From Acidobacteriota bacterium (GTDB lineage: Bacteria; Acidobacteriota; Blastocatellia; Pyrinomonadales; Pyrinomonadaceae), in contig JBGTSR010000013.1 in NCBI GenBank assembly GCA_041940165.1, positions 94,797-158,796 of the forward strand: 64,000 bases of DNA. Reading direction: 5' to 3'. The notes under the pieces were generated by a model. It was given only the letters and a program-made list of their open reading frames with translations. It did no database searches and was not told the DNA's origin. The translations under genes and the position numbers were made by a program. Positions 8,608 through 18,207 of the stretch are shown piece after piece (the first letter of the stretch is position 1; each line of letters opens with the position of its first letter).

Positions 8608-11046
8608 ATGATTTACCGACGTTTTGCCTTCCTACTGGCTCTTGTTCTCTTCACCTCCTTCCTGACAGCTCGGGCTCAGGATCGCTGGACGCAGGTCAAG
8701 TCGCCCAACTTTTTCCTCATCGGGAATGCTTCAGACAAGGACATTCGAAAGACCGCGACGCGCCTCGAACAGTTTCGTGAAGCGTTCCGACTGCTCTTTC
8801 CGGGCGTCAACTTGACGGCATCGGTGCCGACGAACGTTGTCGTCTTTAAGAACGACGCCGCGTACAAGCCGTTCAAACCGAAGCGAGCCAACGGAAAGAT
8901 CGACGATGAGATCGCGGGATATTTCCAGCCCGGCGAAGACGTCAACTACATCACGCTCGCCGCCGATGACGATTCGCTCGGGGTCATTTTTCACGAATAC
9001 GTCCACTTCATTATCGACACCAATTTCGGCAAGACCGAGGTCCCGCAGTGGTTTAACGAGGGCCTCGCCGAGTATTACCAGACATTCGTCGTCATAGACG
9101 ACAAGAAGGTCAGGCTCGGGCTCCCGCAGGACGGGCATCTTGGGCTCCTGCAACGCGGACAGCTCATACCGCTCGATCAGATGCTCGCGGTCACCAACTA
9201 TCAGCTTCATCAATCGGGCGGGCATTCACGGAGCATCTATTACGCCCAGTCGTGGGCGATGGTCCATTACTTGATCGCAGGCGGGAGGACAGATTCGCTT
9301 GGAGCTTACCTTTCCGCCGTCGGCCGCGGGGTCGATCAGAAACGAGCCTTTGAAGAAGCGTTTCGCATGAGCTACTCCAAGATGGAGAGCGAGATCAAGA
9401 ACTACGTCTCGAAGGGTTCGTACCGCTACTTCGAGGCCGAGATGAAGCAGAAGATGGATTTTTCGGCGTCGATGCAGTCGTCGCCGCTGACTCCTGCGGA
9501 CACGAATGCATATCTCGGCGATCTGCTCTATCACAACAATCGATGGGATGACGCCGAGCCGTACCTTATTGATGCGATCAAAGCCCAGTCCGATCTGACG
9601 CTTGCCAACACGGCTCTCGGAATGGTCAAGCTTCGCCAGCGAAAGTACCCCGAAGCCCGGGAATACCTCGAGAAGGCAACTTCGAGCGGTGTTGCAAATG
9701 TGCGTGCTCATTATCAATACGCCTACCTGCTCAGCCTCGAAGGGCGTGATGAACTCGGCTTCGTCAATGGTTTTTCGACGGAAACGGCGAGTAAGATCCG
9801 CGCGGCTCTCGCCAAAGCGATCTCGCTCGATCCGGGATTTTCAGAGACGTACGATCTTTTTGCCCTCGTTGCCCTCGTCACCAACGAACATCTCGACCAG
9901 GCAGTTAACCATCTGAAAACTGCCATCAAGCAACAGCCTGGAAACCAGCGGTATTCGATCCGGCTCGCCGAAGTGTATGCCCGGCAGAAGAACTTCGACG
10001 CGGCAATTCCCATCGCCGAGAAGATCGCCCAAAACGGCGAGAACGACTCGATGAAGGCTCGTTCTTCAGGCCTTCTCAACCAGATCCGGAACCAGCAGGA
10101 ATTCGAGCGACAGCAGGCTGAGAACAAGAAGAGCTTCGAGGCCGCGATGGCAGCCTCAGGCGGCCAGCCGCGGCTCGTCAAACGGATCGAAGGCGTTCCG
10201 CGACCGTCTGACGAGGAACTCAAGAAGCTGCAGGAGGAAGAGCGTATCCGCTCGATGAATGAGGCCCTGCGAACGCCGCTCGAAGGCGAGACCCGCATAC
10301 TCGGCCGCATCGAAAAGGTCGACTGCAAGCCGAGGCCGCCCGTTCTAACGATCCGGACCGAGGCCGAGTCCATCGCGATCAGCACGAAGGATTTCGCCAG
10401 CCTCATACTTGTCTCGATCGATCCGGCCGCAACTGAGGCGTCTGTCGGCTGCAACGCCGATCTGAAGGCCTTGCAGGCGATGATCACCTACAAGCCAACA
10501 TCAGCACCGAAGCTCGGCATTCGCGGCGAACTTGTAGCGGTCGAGTTCGTGCCGAAAGACTTTCGCCTGATGACCGAAGCCGAAATGAAGGCCGAGTCAA
10601 AGCTAGTCGTCTGGGATCTCGAAGACCGCAAGATCGTTCGCGACGACAGCGGCCCGCCGCTTCCTTCGGCCGAAGAGATCGAGCGCCGACGCCGCGAGGC
10701 GTTCGTTGAAGGCATCAGGAACGCATTGCGTAAACCGGCCGCGGGAGAGAAGCAGTTCATGGGATTTCTCGACAAGCTGGAATGCACGGAACGTGTGTCG
10801 CTGATGCATTTCAGATCGGGTCAACGGATCGTCAAACTTGCGGTTTCGCCTACACCGCCACCGCAGCTCGTTATGTACGTCACGGACATGGCCGGCACCG
10901 AGATCAACTGCTCGATGAAGCCGATCGAGTATCCGGTCGTCGTGACCTTCGCCGACAAGCCGGATGCCAAACTCAAGTCCGATGGTACGGTCGTGGCGGT
11001 CGAGTTCGTACCGCAGATATTCACGCTCGCACCTAGTCAACAATAG
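8608..11046 (+). CDS. secreted MA-clan zinc metallopeptidase-like protein with TPR repeats and a duplicated C-terminal domain
   Basis: Signal peptide, HEYVH (HExxH) followed by NEGLAEY (gluzincin third ligand), a TPR-like helical region, and two ~89-aa C-terminal repeats ending in VAVEFVP. Confidence 0.75.
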   Translation: MIYRRFAFLLALVLFTSFLTARAQDRWTQVKSPNFFLIGNASDKDIRKTATRLEQFREAFRLLFPGVNLTASVPTNVVVFKNDAAYKPFKPKRANGKIDDEIAGYFQPGEDVNYITLAADDDSLGVIFHEYVHFIIDTNFGKTEVPQWFNEGLAEYYQTFVVIDDKKVRLGLPQDGHLGLLQRGQLIPLDQMLAVTNYQLHQSGGHSRSIYYAQSWAMVHYLIAGGRTDSLGAYLSAVGRGVDQKRAFEEAFRMSYSKMESEIKNYVSKGSYRYFEAEMKQKMDFSASMQSSPLTPADTNAYLGDLLYHNNRWDDAEPYLIDAIKAQSDLTLANTALGMVKLRQRKYPEAREYLEKATSSGVANVRAHYQYAYLLSLEGRDELGFVNGFSTETASKIRAALAKAISLDPGFSETYDLFALVALVTNEHLDQAVNHLKTAIKQQPGNQRYSIRLAEVYARQKNFDAAIPIAEKIAQNGENDSMKARSSGLLNQIRNQQEFERQQAENKKSFEAAMAASGGQPRLVKRIEGVPRPSDEELKKLQEEERIRSMNEALRTPLEGETRILGRIEKVDCKPRPPVLTIRTEAESIAISTKDFASLILVSIDPAATEASVGCNADLKALQAMITYKPTSAPKLGIRGELVAVEFVPKDFRLMTEAEMKAESKLVVWDLEDRKIVRDDSGPPLPSAEEIERRRREAFVEGIRNALRKPAAGEKQFMGFLDKLECTERVSLMHFRSGQRIVKLAVSPTPPPQLVMYVTDMAGTEINCSMKPIEYPVVVTFADKPDAKLKSDGTVVAVEFVPQIFTLAPSQQ

Positions 11047-12307
11047 CCGAGTAGATCAAAGCCCGAAGCTTGCCGTAATCGTCGACCGTCCCGGCGGGCA
11101 GCAGTTGCGTCATGTATACGACGACAAGCTGTTCCTTTGGATCGACCCAGTAGTTGGTGTGGTACGCTCCGCCCCAGCCGTATTCGCCGACTGATGTCGG
11201 AGCACCGTATGCGCCGACGTCCTTTACGACCGAGAATCCTAGCCCGAAACCCTGGCCCGGACGGCCGAAGTCGATCGAGCGCATGTGATCGACCGTCATC
11301 AGTTCGACCGACTTTCTGCTGAGTATCCGTTTGCCGTCAAGCACGCCGCCGTTGAGCAACGCCTGCAGGAATCTGGCGTAATCGCTCGGCGTCGACAGCA
11401 ATCCGGCACCGCCCGAGAAGCTCTTTCGCGGGCCGTTGTTGTAGTGGCCTTGCGCCACGATCGTTCCCTCGACCGGAGCCCTGACCGCTTTGCCGTCAGC
11501 CGCAGAATAGACGGCCGTCAGCCGATCTGCCTTGACCGCGGGCAGATAGAAACTGGTGTCTTTCATCCCAAGCGGCGTAAAGATCTTCTGCTCCAAAAAC
11601 CGGTCAAACGTCATTCCGCTCGCCCTTTCGACGACCACGCCGAGGATGTCGGTCGAATAGCCGTAGATATATCGCTCGCCTGGATGTGCGTCCATCGGCA
11701 GAGCGGCCATACGCTTGATCGTCTCGCCGATCGGCTCGTCGCGGTCAGAGAAGTAGAATCCGCTGATCTTCGCCGCATCCCACTTGTCTTTCGCAGGGCC
11801 GCCGCCGTAGCTGATGCCCGCCGTGTGCGTCAGCAGATCGCGGATTGTGATCTGGCGCTTTGCCTTGACGACGTCGTAGCCGCCGCCCTCTTTAGGCACG
11901 GCGACGGTCGAGTTGGCAAATTCGGGGATGAACTTGCTCACGGGGTCCGAGATCAGCAGCTTGCCTTCTTCCTGCAGCATCATGATCGCGACGCTGGTGA
12001 TCGCCTTACTCTGCGAAGCGATGCGGAAGATCGAGTCCGTTTTCATCGCCGAGTTCGCCTCGCGGTCACGCATCCCGAACGGGTGCATCATCACGACCTT
12101 GCCGCGGCGAACGACCATCGCAACACCGCCGACAAGTTTCTGCTCGGCGACATAGCCATCGAGCGTTCGCGAGAGCGTCGCAAGCCTCTCGGTCGACATT
12201 CCGACCTCTTCCGGCTTCGCACGAGGCAGGTCCTGAGCGGACAGCGAAAAGGTGACGAGCAGGAGAAGCGATAAAAGCAGCGAGTTTTTCAGGGTCGATC
12301 TATTCAT
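11033..12307 (-). CDS. serine hydrolase, beta-lactamase (class C/PBP4-like) family
   Basis: Signal peptide after the internal ATG (MNRSTLKNSLLL...). SxxK motif (SQSK). Length ~424 aa. The 3' end overlaps the convergent gene by 14 nt. Confidence 0.85.
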   Translation of the reverse strand: MNRSTLKNSLLLSLLLLVTFSLSAQDLPRAKPEEVGMSTERLATLSRTLDGYVAEQKLVGGVAMVVRRGKVVMMHPFGMRDREANSAMKTDSIFRIASQSKAITSVAIMMLQEEGKLLISDPVSKFIPEFANSTVAVPKEGGGYDVVKAKRQITIRDLLTHTAGISYGGGPAKDKWDAAKISGFYFSDRDEPIGETIKRMAALPMDAHPGERYIYGYSTDILGVVVERASGMTFDRFLEQKIFTPLGMKDTSFYLPAVKADRLTAVYSAADGKAVRAPVEGTIVAQGHYNNGPRKSFSGGAGLLSTPSDYARFLQALLNGGVLDGKRILSRKSVELMTVDHMRSIDFGRPGQGFGLGFSVVKDVGAYGAPTSVGEYGWGGAYHTNYWVDPKEQLVVVYMTQLLPAGTVDDYGKLRALIYSAIVD

Positions 12308-12479
12308 AAGTTTATTCGGCAGAATAACTTGGAAATGTATCTGGTTCAATCTTCCATTCACGGCCCGATGATCGGCGCCGCACGCTCCCTTGGTATGACC
12401 GGGTTCCTCCGCCGGATTTCAACGCCGCACGATAGTATTCGCCATTTTGTGTTACTCTTTCTCAAAATTCCGAAAACCG

Positions 12480-14039
12480 ATGCATATCTCTATGAAAGCC
12501 TCGATACTTTTGTGTTCTATCTTCGTCTTCTCTTCGATCACACTCGCGCAGCCGCCGGGTGGCGGACGGCAGGGACAGCCGCAGGCGACGCCGACGCCGG
12601 GCGGACAATCACAAACTGCTGCACTGCCGATCCGCGATGAACCGCCAGTTGTCACGAAACACCGCGTGACCGTCGCGGGACGTCAGCTAGACTACACGGT
12701 CACGACGGGCTATATGCCGCTCAAGAATGCGGTCTCGGGCGATATCGAGGCTCGTATGTTCTTCATGGCATACACGCTCGACGGTGCTCCGGCGGGGCGT
12801 CCGCTGACGTTCTCGTTCAACGGCGGGCCGGGCTCTTCGTCGGTGTGGCTGCATCTCGGGGCCCTCGGCCCGAAACGGATCAAGATGCTCGATGACGGCA
12901 TGATGCCGCCGCCCCCGTACGAAATGGAGGACAATCAGCAGACGTGGTTCACCGAGACCGACCTCGTATTTATCGATCCGATCGGCACTGGTTTTTCGCG
13001 TGCGGCGCGGCCCGAACTCGCGGCCCGTTACTTCGGCGTCAACGGGGATATAGAATCGGTCGGCGATTTTATCCGGATGTATCTGAGCCGCAACGAACGC
13101 TGGATGTCGCCGCTTTTCGTGGTGGGCGAGAGCTATGGAACGACTCGTGCGGCGGGGCTTTCGGACCATCTTTTCGGCCGCGGGATAGCTCTTAACGGCA
13201 TCATGCTTGTCTCGGCGGTGCTCAATTTTCAGACGATCCGCTTTGCAAACAACAACGATCTGCCGCTCGTGCTGATCCTGCCGAGCTACGCGACAACAGC
13301 GTGGTATCACAAGAAACTATCGCCCGCGATGCAAAGCAAAACTGTCGAACAGGTCGCCCAGGAAGCGCGGCAGTTCGCTTCGACCGAGTACGCGACGGCG
13401 ATGATGCGTATCGATTCGCTCACCGACCGCGAACGCGACGCTCTGGCGACGAAATACAGTGCTCTAACCGGCCTAAGCAAGGATTTCATTGAACGAAACA
13501 ACTTTCGCGTCGAGCTCGGCGAATTCAACAAAGAACTGCTGAGAAATGAACGCCGCACGACAGGACGGCTCGACAGCCGTTTCAAAGGCATCGACCGCGA
13601 CTCGGCCGGCTCGGGCCCGGACACCGATCCGAGCATGAACGCCATTCGCCCGCCGTACACGGCCGCGTTCAATCAGTACGTCCGCGGCGATCTCGGCTTC
13701 AAGACCGACACGGAATACTACATTCTCGGCGGCGGCATTACAGCCCCGTGGAACTACAACGTCACCAATCAATACGCCGACACGAGCGTTTCGATGAAGG
13801 ACGCCCTAGCCAAGAATCCGTATATGAAGGTCTGGGTCGCCCAAGGGTACTACGACATGGCAACGCCGTTCTACGCCGCCGAGTACACGATCTCCGCCCT
13901 GAATCTCGACCCCGCGTTGAAGAAGAACATCTCGTGGACGTACTACGAATCAGGCCACATGATGTACATCGAAAAAGGCTCGCTGAAGAAGCTAAAGGAC
14001 GACGCCACAGCGTTTATTGCAAAGTCGTTGAAGAAATAA
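12480..14039 (+). CDS. peptidase S10 serine carboxypeptidase family protein
   Basis: Signal peptide and GESYG nucleophile motif (VVGESYGT). Start uncertain between ATG 12480 and ATG 12492. Confidence 0.8.
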   Translation: MHISMKASILLCSIFVFSSITLAQPPGGGRQGQPQATPTPGGQSQTAALPIRDEPPVVTKHRVTVAGRQLDYTVTTGYMPLKNAVSGDIEARMFFMAYTLDGAPAGRPLTFSFNGGPGSSSVWLHLGALGPKRIKMLDDGMMPPPPYEMEDNQQTWFTETDLVFIDPIGTGFSRAARPELAARYFGVNGDIESVGDFIRMYLSRNERWMSPLFVVGESYGTTRAAGLSDHLFGRGIALNGIMLVSAVLNFQTIRFANNNDLPLVLILPSYATTAWYHKKLSPAMQSKTVEQVAQEARQFASTEYATAMMRIDSLTDRERDALATKYSALTGLSKDFIERNNFRVELGEFNKELLRNERRTTGRLDSRFKGIDRDSAGSGPDTDPSMNAIRPPYTAAFNQYVRGDLGFKTDTEYYILGGGITAPWNYNVTNQYADTSVSMKDALAKNPYMKVWVAQGYYDMATPFYAAEYTISALNLDPALKKNISWTYYESGHMMYIEKGSLKKLKDDATAFIAKSLKK

Positions 14040-14139
14040 GTCAAAAAAGCGGAAGCATGCGAATTTTATTGCATTTACGGACGGAATGGTCGAGAATTCT
14101 CTCGACAAGGTCAAATAAATTTCACTCGGAGGAAAGCTA

Positions 14140-14715
14140 ATGAAAGTTACCCACACACCCACGCGTCTTCTCACTCTTCTGAGCCTGCTGCTGGTCGGCA
14201 CATGCGTCGCCGCCAGCGGCCAAACGACCGTGAAGAAAGGCCCGCTAAAGTCACTGAAAGGCCTGACCAAGGTCTACGTTGGCGAAATGTCTGGCTCAAC
14301 GACTGTCGCCGATCACCTGAAGGCAAACACCGAGGGATTGGTCTTTGTAGATAATTGGAAGGATGCCGACTTTTCGATCCATGTTTCTCCCGGCCAAGAG
14401 TTTGCGGACGGGTTCAATTCGGCCCCGCGTTCTACTCCAACGAACGCGATCGTCGCCGATATCGAAGGTCCGATCAATCGACACCCGAGCGACAGCACTT
14501 CGACTTCCGCCGGCCGTTCGGTCGGAATTTCCGTTACTCGCTTTGATGGTGCTGAGAGGATCAACGTCTGGATGAAGTCCCGGTTCATACCGGTTGCCAG
14601 GACCAACATGCCGGCTCATTCTCGCAACGCGTTGGACCCAAACCTTGTCGTATCGATGGAGAGGACCGCATTGGCCCTCGTCGATGATTTTCTGAAATCT
14701 TACAAGAAGATCTAG
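14140..14715 (+). CDS. hypothetical secreted protein
   Basis: GGAGG RBS upstream of the ATG and an N-terminal signal peptide (LLTLLSLLLVGTCVAASG). No catalytic motif. Confidence 0.55.
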   Translation: MKVTHTPTRLLTLLSLLLVGTCVAASGQTTVKKGPLKSLKGLTKVYVGEMSGSTTVADHLKANTEGLVFVDNWKDADFSIHVSPGQEFADGFNSAPRSTPTNAIVADIEGPINRHPSDSTSTSAGRSVGISVTRFDGAERINVWMKSRFIPVARTNMPAHSRNALDPNLVVSMERTALALVDDFLKSYKKI

Positions 14716-14740
14716 CAAGAAATTCGAACGAAACAAAAAA

Positions 14741-14772
14741 GCCGCGAAACGGATTTACCTTCGCGGCTTTTT
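14741..14772. terminator. bidirectional hairpin terminator between convergent genes
   Basis: GCCGCGAA...TTCGCGGC stem, flanked by an A-run upstream and TTTTT downstream. Confidence 0.6.
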
Positions 14773-14790
14773 CGTTTGCGGGGTCTTTTG

Positions 14791-15264
14791 TCAGTCGCAC
14801 TTTACCTTGACCATCGGAAAATCCATCGAGCTTTCCTTGCCGTTCATCGTGCCCTCGATGCGGGCGTGGAGCGTGTCGGCTTTCGGTTGTTTGTAGATGA
14901 TCCGCTGTGGGAAATCGTGTTTGAGATTCTCAAAAACGGCCTCGTTCGCCGAGACCCTGGTCGCGGGAAATGTCGTCGGTTCTTTTGCATTTGACGGCAG
15001 AGCGACATAGGCGAGGCCCTGAGCACCGCTGACGATCCGCAGGAATTCGAATGACACCGAACGCGTGCCCCGCACCGTCTGCGAAGTGCCGAGCATCAGA
15101 TTGTCCGAGGCTTTGCCCCAGCGTTCGATCGTGCTGCGGCCCTGACCGGCCATTTCCCAACAGCCGGCGATCCAGCCGAGATCGGTGACCTTCGGCGGCG
15201 TGGCCTCTTGAGCGGTCGCTGTGATCGCGAAGAGAGCGATCGTTAGTGTTAGAAGTGTTTTCAT
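14791..15264 (-). CDS. hypothetical secreted protein (small beta-rich domain)
   Basis: Start set at the internal ATG that gives the signal peptide MKTLLTLTIALFAITATAQE. GWIAGCWE motif. Family not confidently recognised. Confidence 0.6.
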   Translation of the reverse strand: MKTLLTLTIALFAITATAQEATPPKVTDLGWIAGCWEMAGQGRSTIERWGKASDNLMLGTSQTVRGTRSVSFEFLRIVSGAQGLAYVALPSNAKEPTTFPATRVSANEAVFENLKHDFPQRIIYKQPKADTLHARIEGTMNGKESSMDFPMVKVKCD

Positions 15265-15413
15265 ATTCTTTATTTTCGTTTCAATAAGATTCTTCGCTTT
15301 CTGCGGCTTGCCGCTATCGCACGGCGGTGAGGCTTGCCTCACCGTTGCGGATGCACATTTCACGATCAATATATTCGAAAACTAAAGGATGGTATTGGAA
15401 AAATCCGACAATG

Positions 15414-16226
15414 CTATTCATTTGGAATAAAAATATCCGTCATCTGCCTCGAACGCTCGAAGAAGGCAGTCGGAGTGCCGCCTGAGAACTGATTGAAGTC
15501 GTTGATCAGATGCGACTGGTCGTAGTAGCCGAGGTCAAAGGCTGTGCTGAGGATATCTTCGTCGCCGCGGCGTTCGATCTCGCGAAGCACGCTCTGAAAT
15601 CGGACGACGCGCGAATAGGCCTTTGGCGTGGTGCCCACGACGCGGCGAAACGCACGTTCAAGGCTGCGTTCGCTCACGCCAACTTCCCTCGCGAGATAGC
15701 TGACCTGAACATTACCGCGAGCTTGTCCAATGATCGCGAGGGCTCGTTCGACGTAAGCATTTGAACCCGCCGAGGTCATCAGCCCGGCGAGATACGCCTC
15801 GGCGATCGCAACGCGGGACTCGAAATTCGGAGCGGCCGCAAGCTTTTCTTCGATAAACGCGACCGGATTACCAAGTACGACATCGAGTGGATCGATGCGT
15901 CCGGTGAGTTCGTTCATCTCGAAGGGCATGAACCGGCACGCGCCGGACGGTTGAAACCTGATACCAAAAAGATCGACGTCGCCCGACGGGCCGATCAGCA
16001 CGCTCGTGTGCATCTGCCCGGCGATCAGGCTCGACGCCTGGCGTTCGATGGTGCCATCCGCGTGGTGACGGCGAAATCGATCTGAAAGGTTAAATATGAT
16101 CTCGATGCAGCCGTCAGGAATGACGGGTTCTGGATCGGCTGGACCGCTACCCTTATACTCGAGCGCCCAAAAACACTTCACGTAGGGCGCAAGAAAAGGT
16201 GATGGTGCGGTCTCGGCGTAGAACAT
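15414..16226 (-). CDS. AraC-family transcriptional regulator
   Basis: C-terminal dual HTH of AraC type (...SERSLERAFRRVVGTTPKAYSRVVRFQ...GYYDQSHLINDF). Start set at ATG 16226, which overlaps the upstream stop. Confidence 0.85.
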   Translation of the reverse strand: MFYAETAPSPFLAPYVKCFWALEYKGSGPADPEPVIPDGCIEIIFNLSDRFRRHHADGTIERQASSLIAGQMHTSVLIGPSGDVDLFGIRFQPSGACRFMPFEMNELTGRIDPLDVVLGNPVAFIEEKLAAAPNFESRVAIAEAYLAGLMTSAGSNAYVERALAIIGQARGNVQVSYLAREVGVSERSLERAFRRVVGTTPKAYSRVVRFQSVLREIERRGDEDILSTAFDLGYYDQSHLINDFNQFSGGTPTAFFERSRQMTDIFIPNE

Positions 16227-16735
16227 TATGAAGCCGACTTGGGCTGTGGCAGGTCGCTGTAACCGTCGACCTGGAATTTCCATTTCCCGTTATCGCGAAC
16301 CCCGACGACGATGAACTTACCTTGGCCCGAACCGACCTCTTTGCCATCCTTGAACGTTTTGAGCGTAAAAATGCCGACGTCGTAAGCCATCGAATCGGTC
16401 GCCCGACGCTGAAGGATCCGGAACGAGATCGATAACTTTTGGCCGTTTTTCTTTACTGCGGAAAAGAAATCACGAAAGCCCCAATGTATGGGCGCCGAGC
16501 CGATCTGTATTTCGCCGTTCGGCGGCAGGTACGCGGCGTCCTTCGTGTAAAGAGCCGCGACGGCTGCGGGATCGAGATCGAGATAGCCCTTGCTGAATTG
16601 GGCATAGACCGCATCAAGTCCGGCGTGTTTAGCAACGCCCGCATCGAGCGTCAGGTCGTCGGTCACCTTGGTCGCCTGGGCAAACGCTGCGGCTGCTAAA
16701 ACGATAGAAAAAAGAACTGATAAAGCTACCTTCAT
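16226..16735 (-). CDS. secreted SnoaL-like/DUF4440-like (NTF2-fold) protein
   Basis: Signal peptide from the internal ATG (MKVALSVLFSIVLAAAAFAQ). Size and pattern fit small NTF2-like domains, but the family assignment is tentative. Confidence 0.6.
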   Translation of the reverse strand: MKVALSVLFSIVLAAAAFAQATKVTDDLTLDAGVAKHAGLDAVYAQFSKGYLDLDPAAVAALYTKDAAYLPPNGEIQIGSAPIHWGFRDFFSAVKKNGQKLSISFRILQRRATDSMAYDVGIFTLKTFKDGKEVGSGQGKFIVVGVRDNGKWKFQVDGYSDLPQPKSAS

Positions 16736-16751
16736 GCCTTTACCCCAGATC

Positions 16752-18155
16752 TCAAACGAGTTCGTAGCTGTCCTCGTAACCCGGAACGATGACGTTCCAA
16801 TTAAAACGCTGACGGATGTGATCGGCCATCGCACGTGCGGCCTCGGGCTCGCCGTGCGTCGTGAAAACGGCTTTCGGAGCTTCGGGCAAACCGCTCAGCC
16901 AGCGAAGCACGGCCTTCCAGTCGGCGTGTGCTGAGAATCCTTCGACCTTTTCGACGTGACACCGCACAGGCACCCAATTCTTCATTATCCTGACTTCCTT
17001 CTCGCCGTCCTGTATCCGGCGTCCGGTGGTACCCGCGGCCTGAAATCCCACGAAAACGATCGTCGCGTTCTCGTCAGGGACAATTCGCATCGCGTGGTGC
17101 AGCACACGTCCGCCCGTGAGCATTCCGGATGCAGAAATGATGATCCGCGGGCCTTTCATGCTGTTGAGTTGCTTGGACTCTTCGCGGCTTTCCGTCGTGC
17201 TCATCGAACCCGTCCGCAGCGGATGGCGTTTTTGCGAAAGGAGCGATACGTATTCCTCGTCGTGTTCCTCGTTCCAGCGGTTGTAGACCTGCGTCGCTTG
17301 AGCGGCCATCGGCGAATCGACCGCAACCGGCAGCACCGGAATGCGTTTGGCATCTTCGAGTTCGCGAATGAGATAAAGAACTTCTTGCGTCCGCCCGATA
17401 GCAAAAGCCGGGATCAGCACAGGACCGTTTCGCTCTACGGCTTCGTTAATGATGCGAGCCATCTGCGTTGCCGAGTCGACGTCGCCATGCAGCCGGTCGC
17501 CGTATGTCGATTCGCACATCAGATAATCGCATGCAGGCGGCGGCTCCGGATCTTTCACGATCGGCTGATCATAATGCCCGAGATCACCCGAGAATAGAAA
17601 ACGGACCGACGAGCCGTCTTCCTTGGCGCCTTCCATCTCGATCAGCACCAGACTGGCGCCCATGATGTGTCCCGCGACCATAAAACTCGCGGTTATGCCC
17701 GGCAGTATCTCGTACGGCTTGGCATCATTCGGCACCGGTGAAAGGCGCTCCAGCGTCGCCTTCGCATCATCCTCGTCATAGAGCGGCAGAGCCGGCGTAT
17801 GGCTCGTCAGAGCGTGACGATTACGATAATCGGCTTCCTCTTCCTGCAGCCGGGCAGAATCCGGAAGAAGTATCTTTAGTAGATCAGCAGTAGCCTTTGA
17901 CGTGGTGACCTTGCCCTCGAAACCGAGCTTAACGAGCCGCGGCAGCCAGCCCGTGTGATCGATGTGAGCGTGCGTGATGACGACAGCGTCGATCTCGCGC
18001 GGGTCGAATTGCGGATCTTGCCAATTCCGCTCACGCAGTTCTTTGTGCCCCTGAAAAAGACCGCAGTCTACCAGGATCTTTTTATCGTTGTGTTCGAGAA
18101 GGTATTTCGAGCCCGTGACGGTGCCGACACCGCCGTAGAAGGTAATCCTCGCCAT
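16752..18155 (-). CDS. MBL-fold beta-CASP ribonuclease (RNA-metabolising metallo-beta-lactamase)
   Basis: HAHIDHTG motif, beta-CASP-length insert, and C-terminal FSAHAD and THGEP motifs characteristic of the CPSF/RNase J-like family. Confidence 0.85.
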   Translation of the reverse strand: MARITFYGGVGTVTGSKYLLEHNDKKILVDCGLFQGHKELRERNWQDPQFDPREIDAVVITHAHIDHTGWLPRLVKLGFEGKVTTSKATADLLKILLPDSARLQEEEADYRNRHALTSHTPALPLYDEDDAKATLERLSPVPNDAKPYEILPGITASFMVAGHIMGASLVLIEMEGAKEDGSSVRFLFSGDLGHYDQPIVKDPEPPPACDYLMCESTYGDRLHGDVDSATQMARIINEAVERNGPVLIPAFAIGRTQEVLYLIRELEDAKRIPVLPVAVDSPMAAQATQVYNRWNEEHDEEYVSLLSQKRHPLRTGSMSTTESREESKQLNSMKGPRIIISASGMLTGGRVLHHAMRIVPDENATIVFVGFQAAGTTGRRIQDGEKEVRIMKNWVPVRCHVEKVEGFSAHADWKAVLRWLSGLPEAPKAVFTTHGEPEAARAMADHIRQRFNWNVIVPGYEDSYELV

Positions 18156-18207
18156 TGCCCAAATATACAGGGCGATGCCGTGTTTTCAAAACTTTACGGG
18201 CAGCACG

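Noticed and set aside
11033-11046. Overlaps of convergent gene ends (14 nt at 11033-11046; 4 nt with shared TTAA stops at 61232-61235).
   Set aside because: These are common in compact genomes and nothing further suggests antisense regulation.
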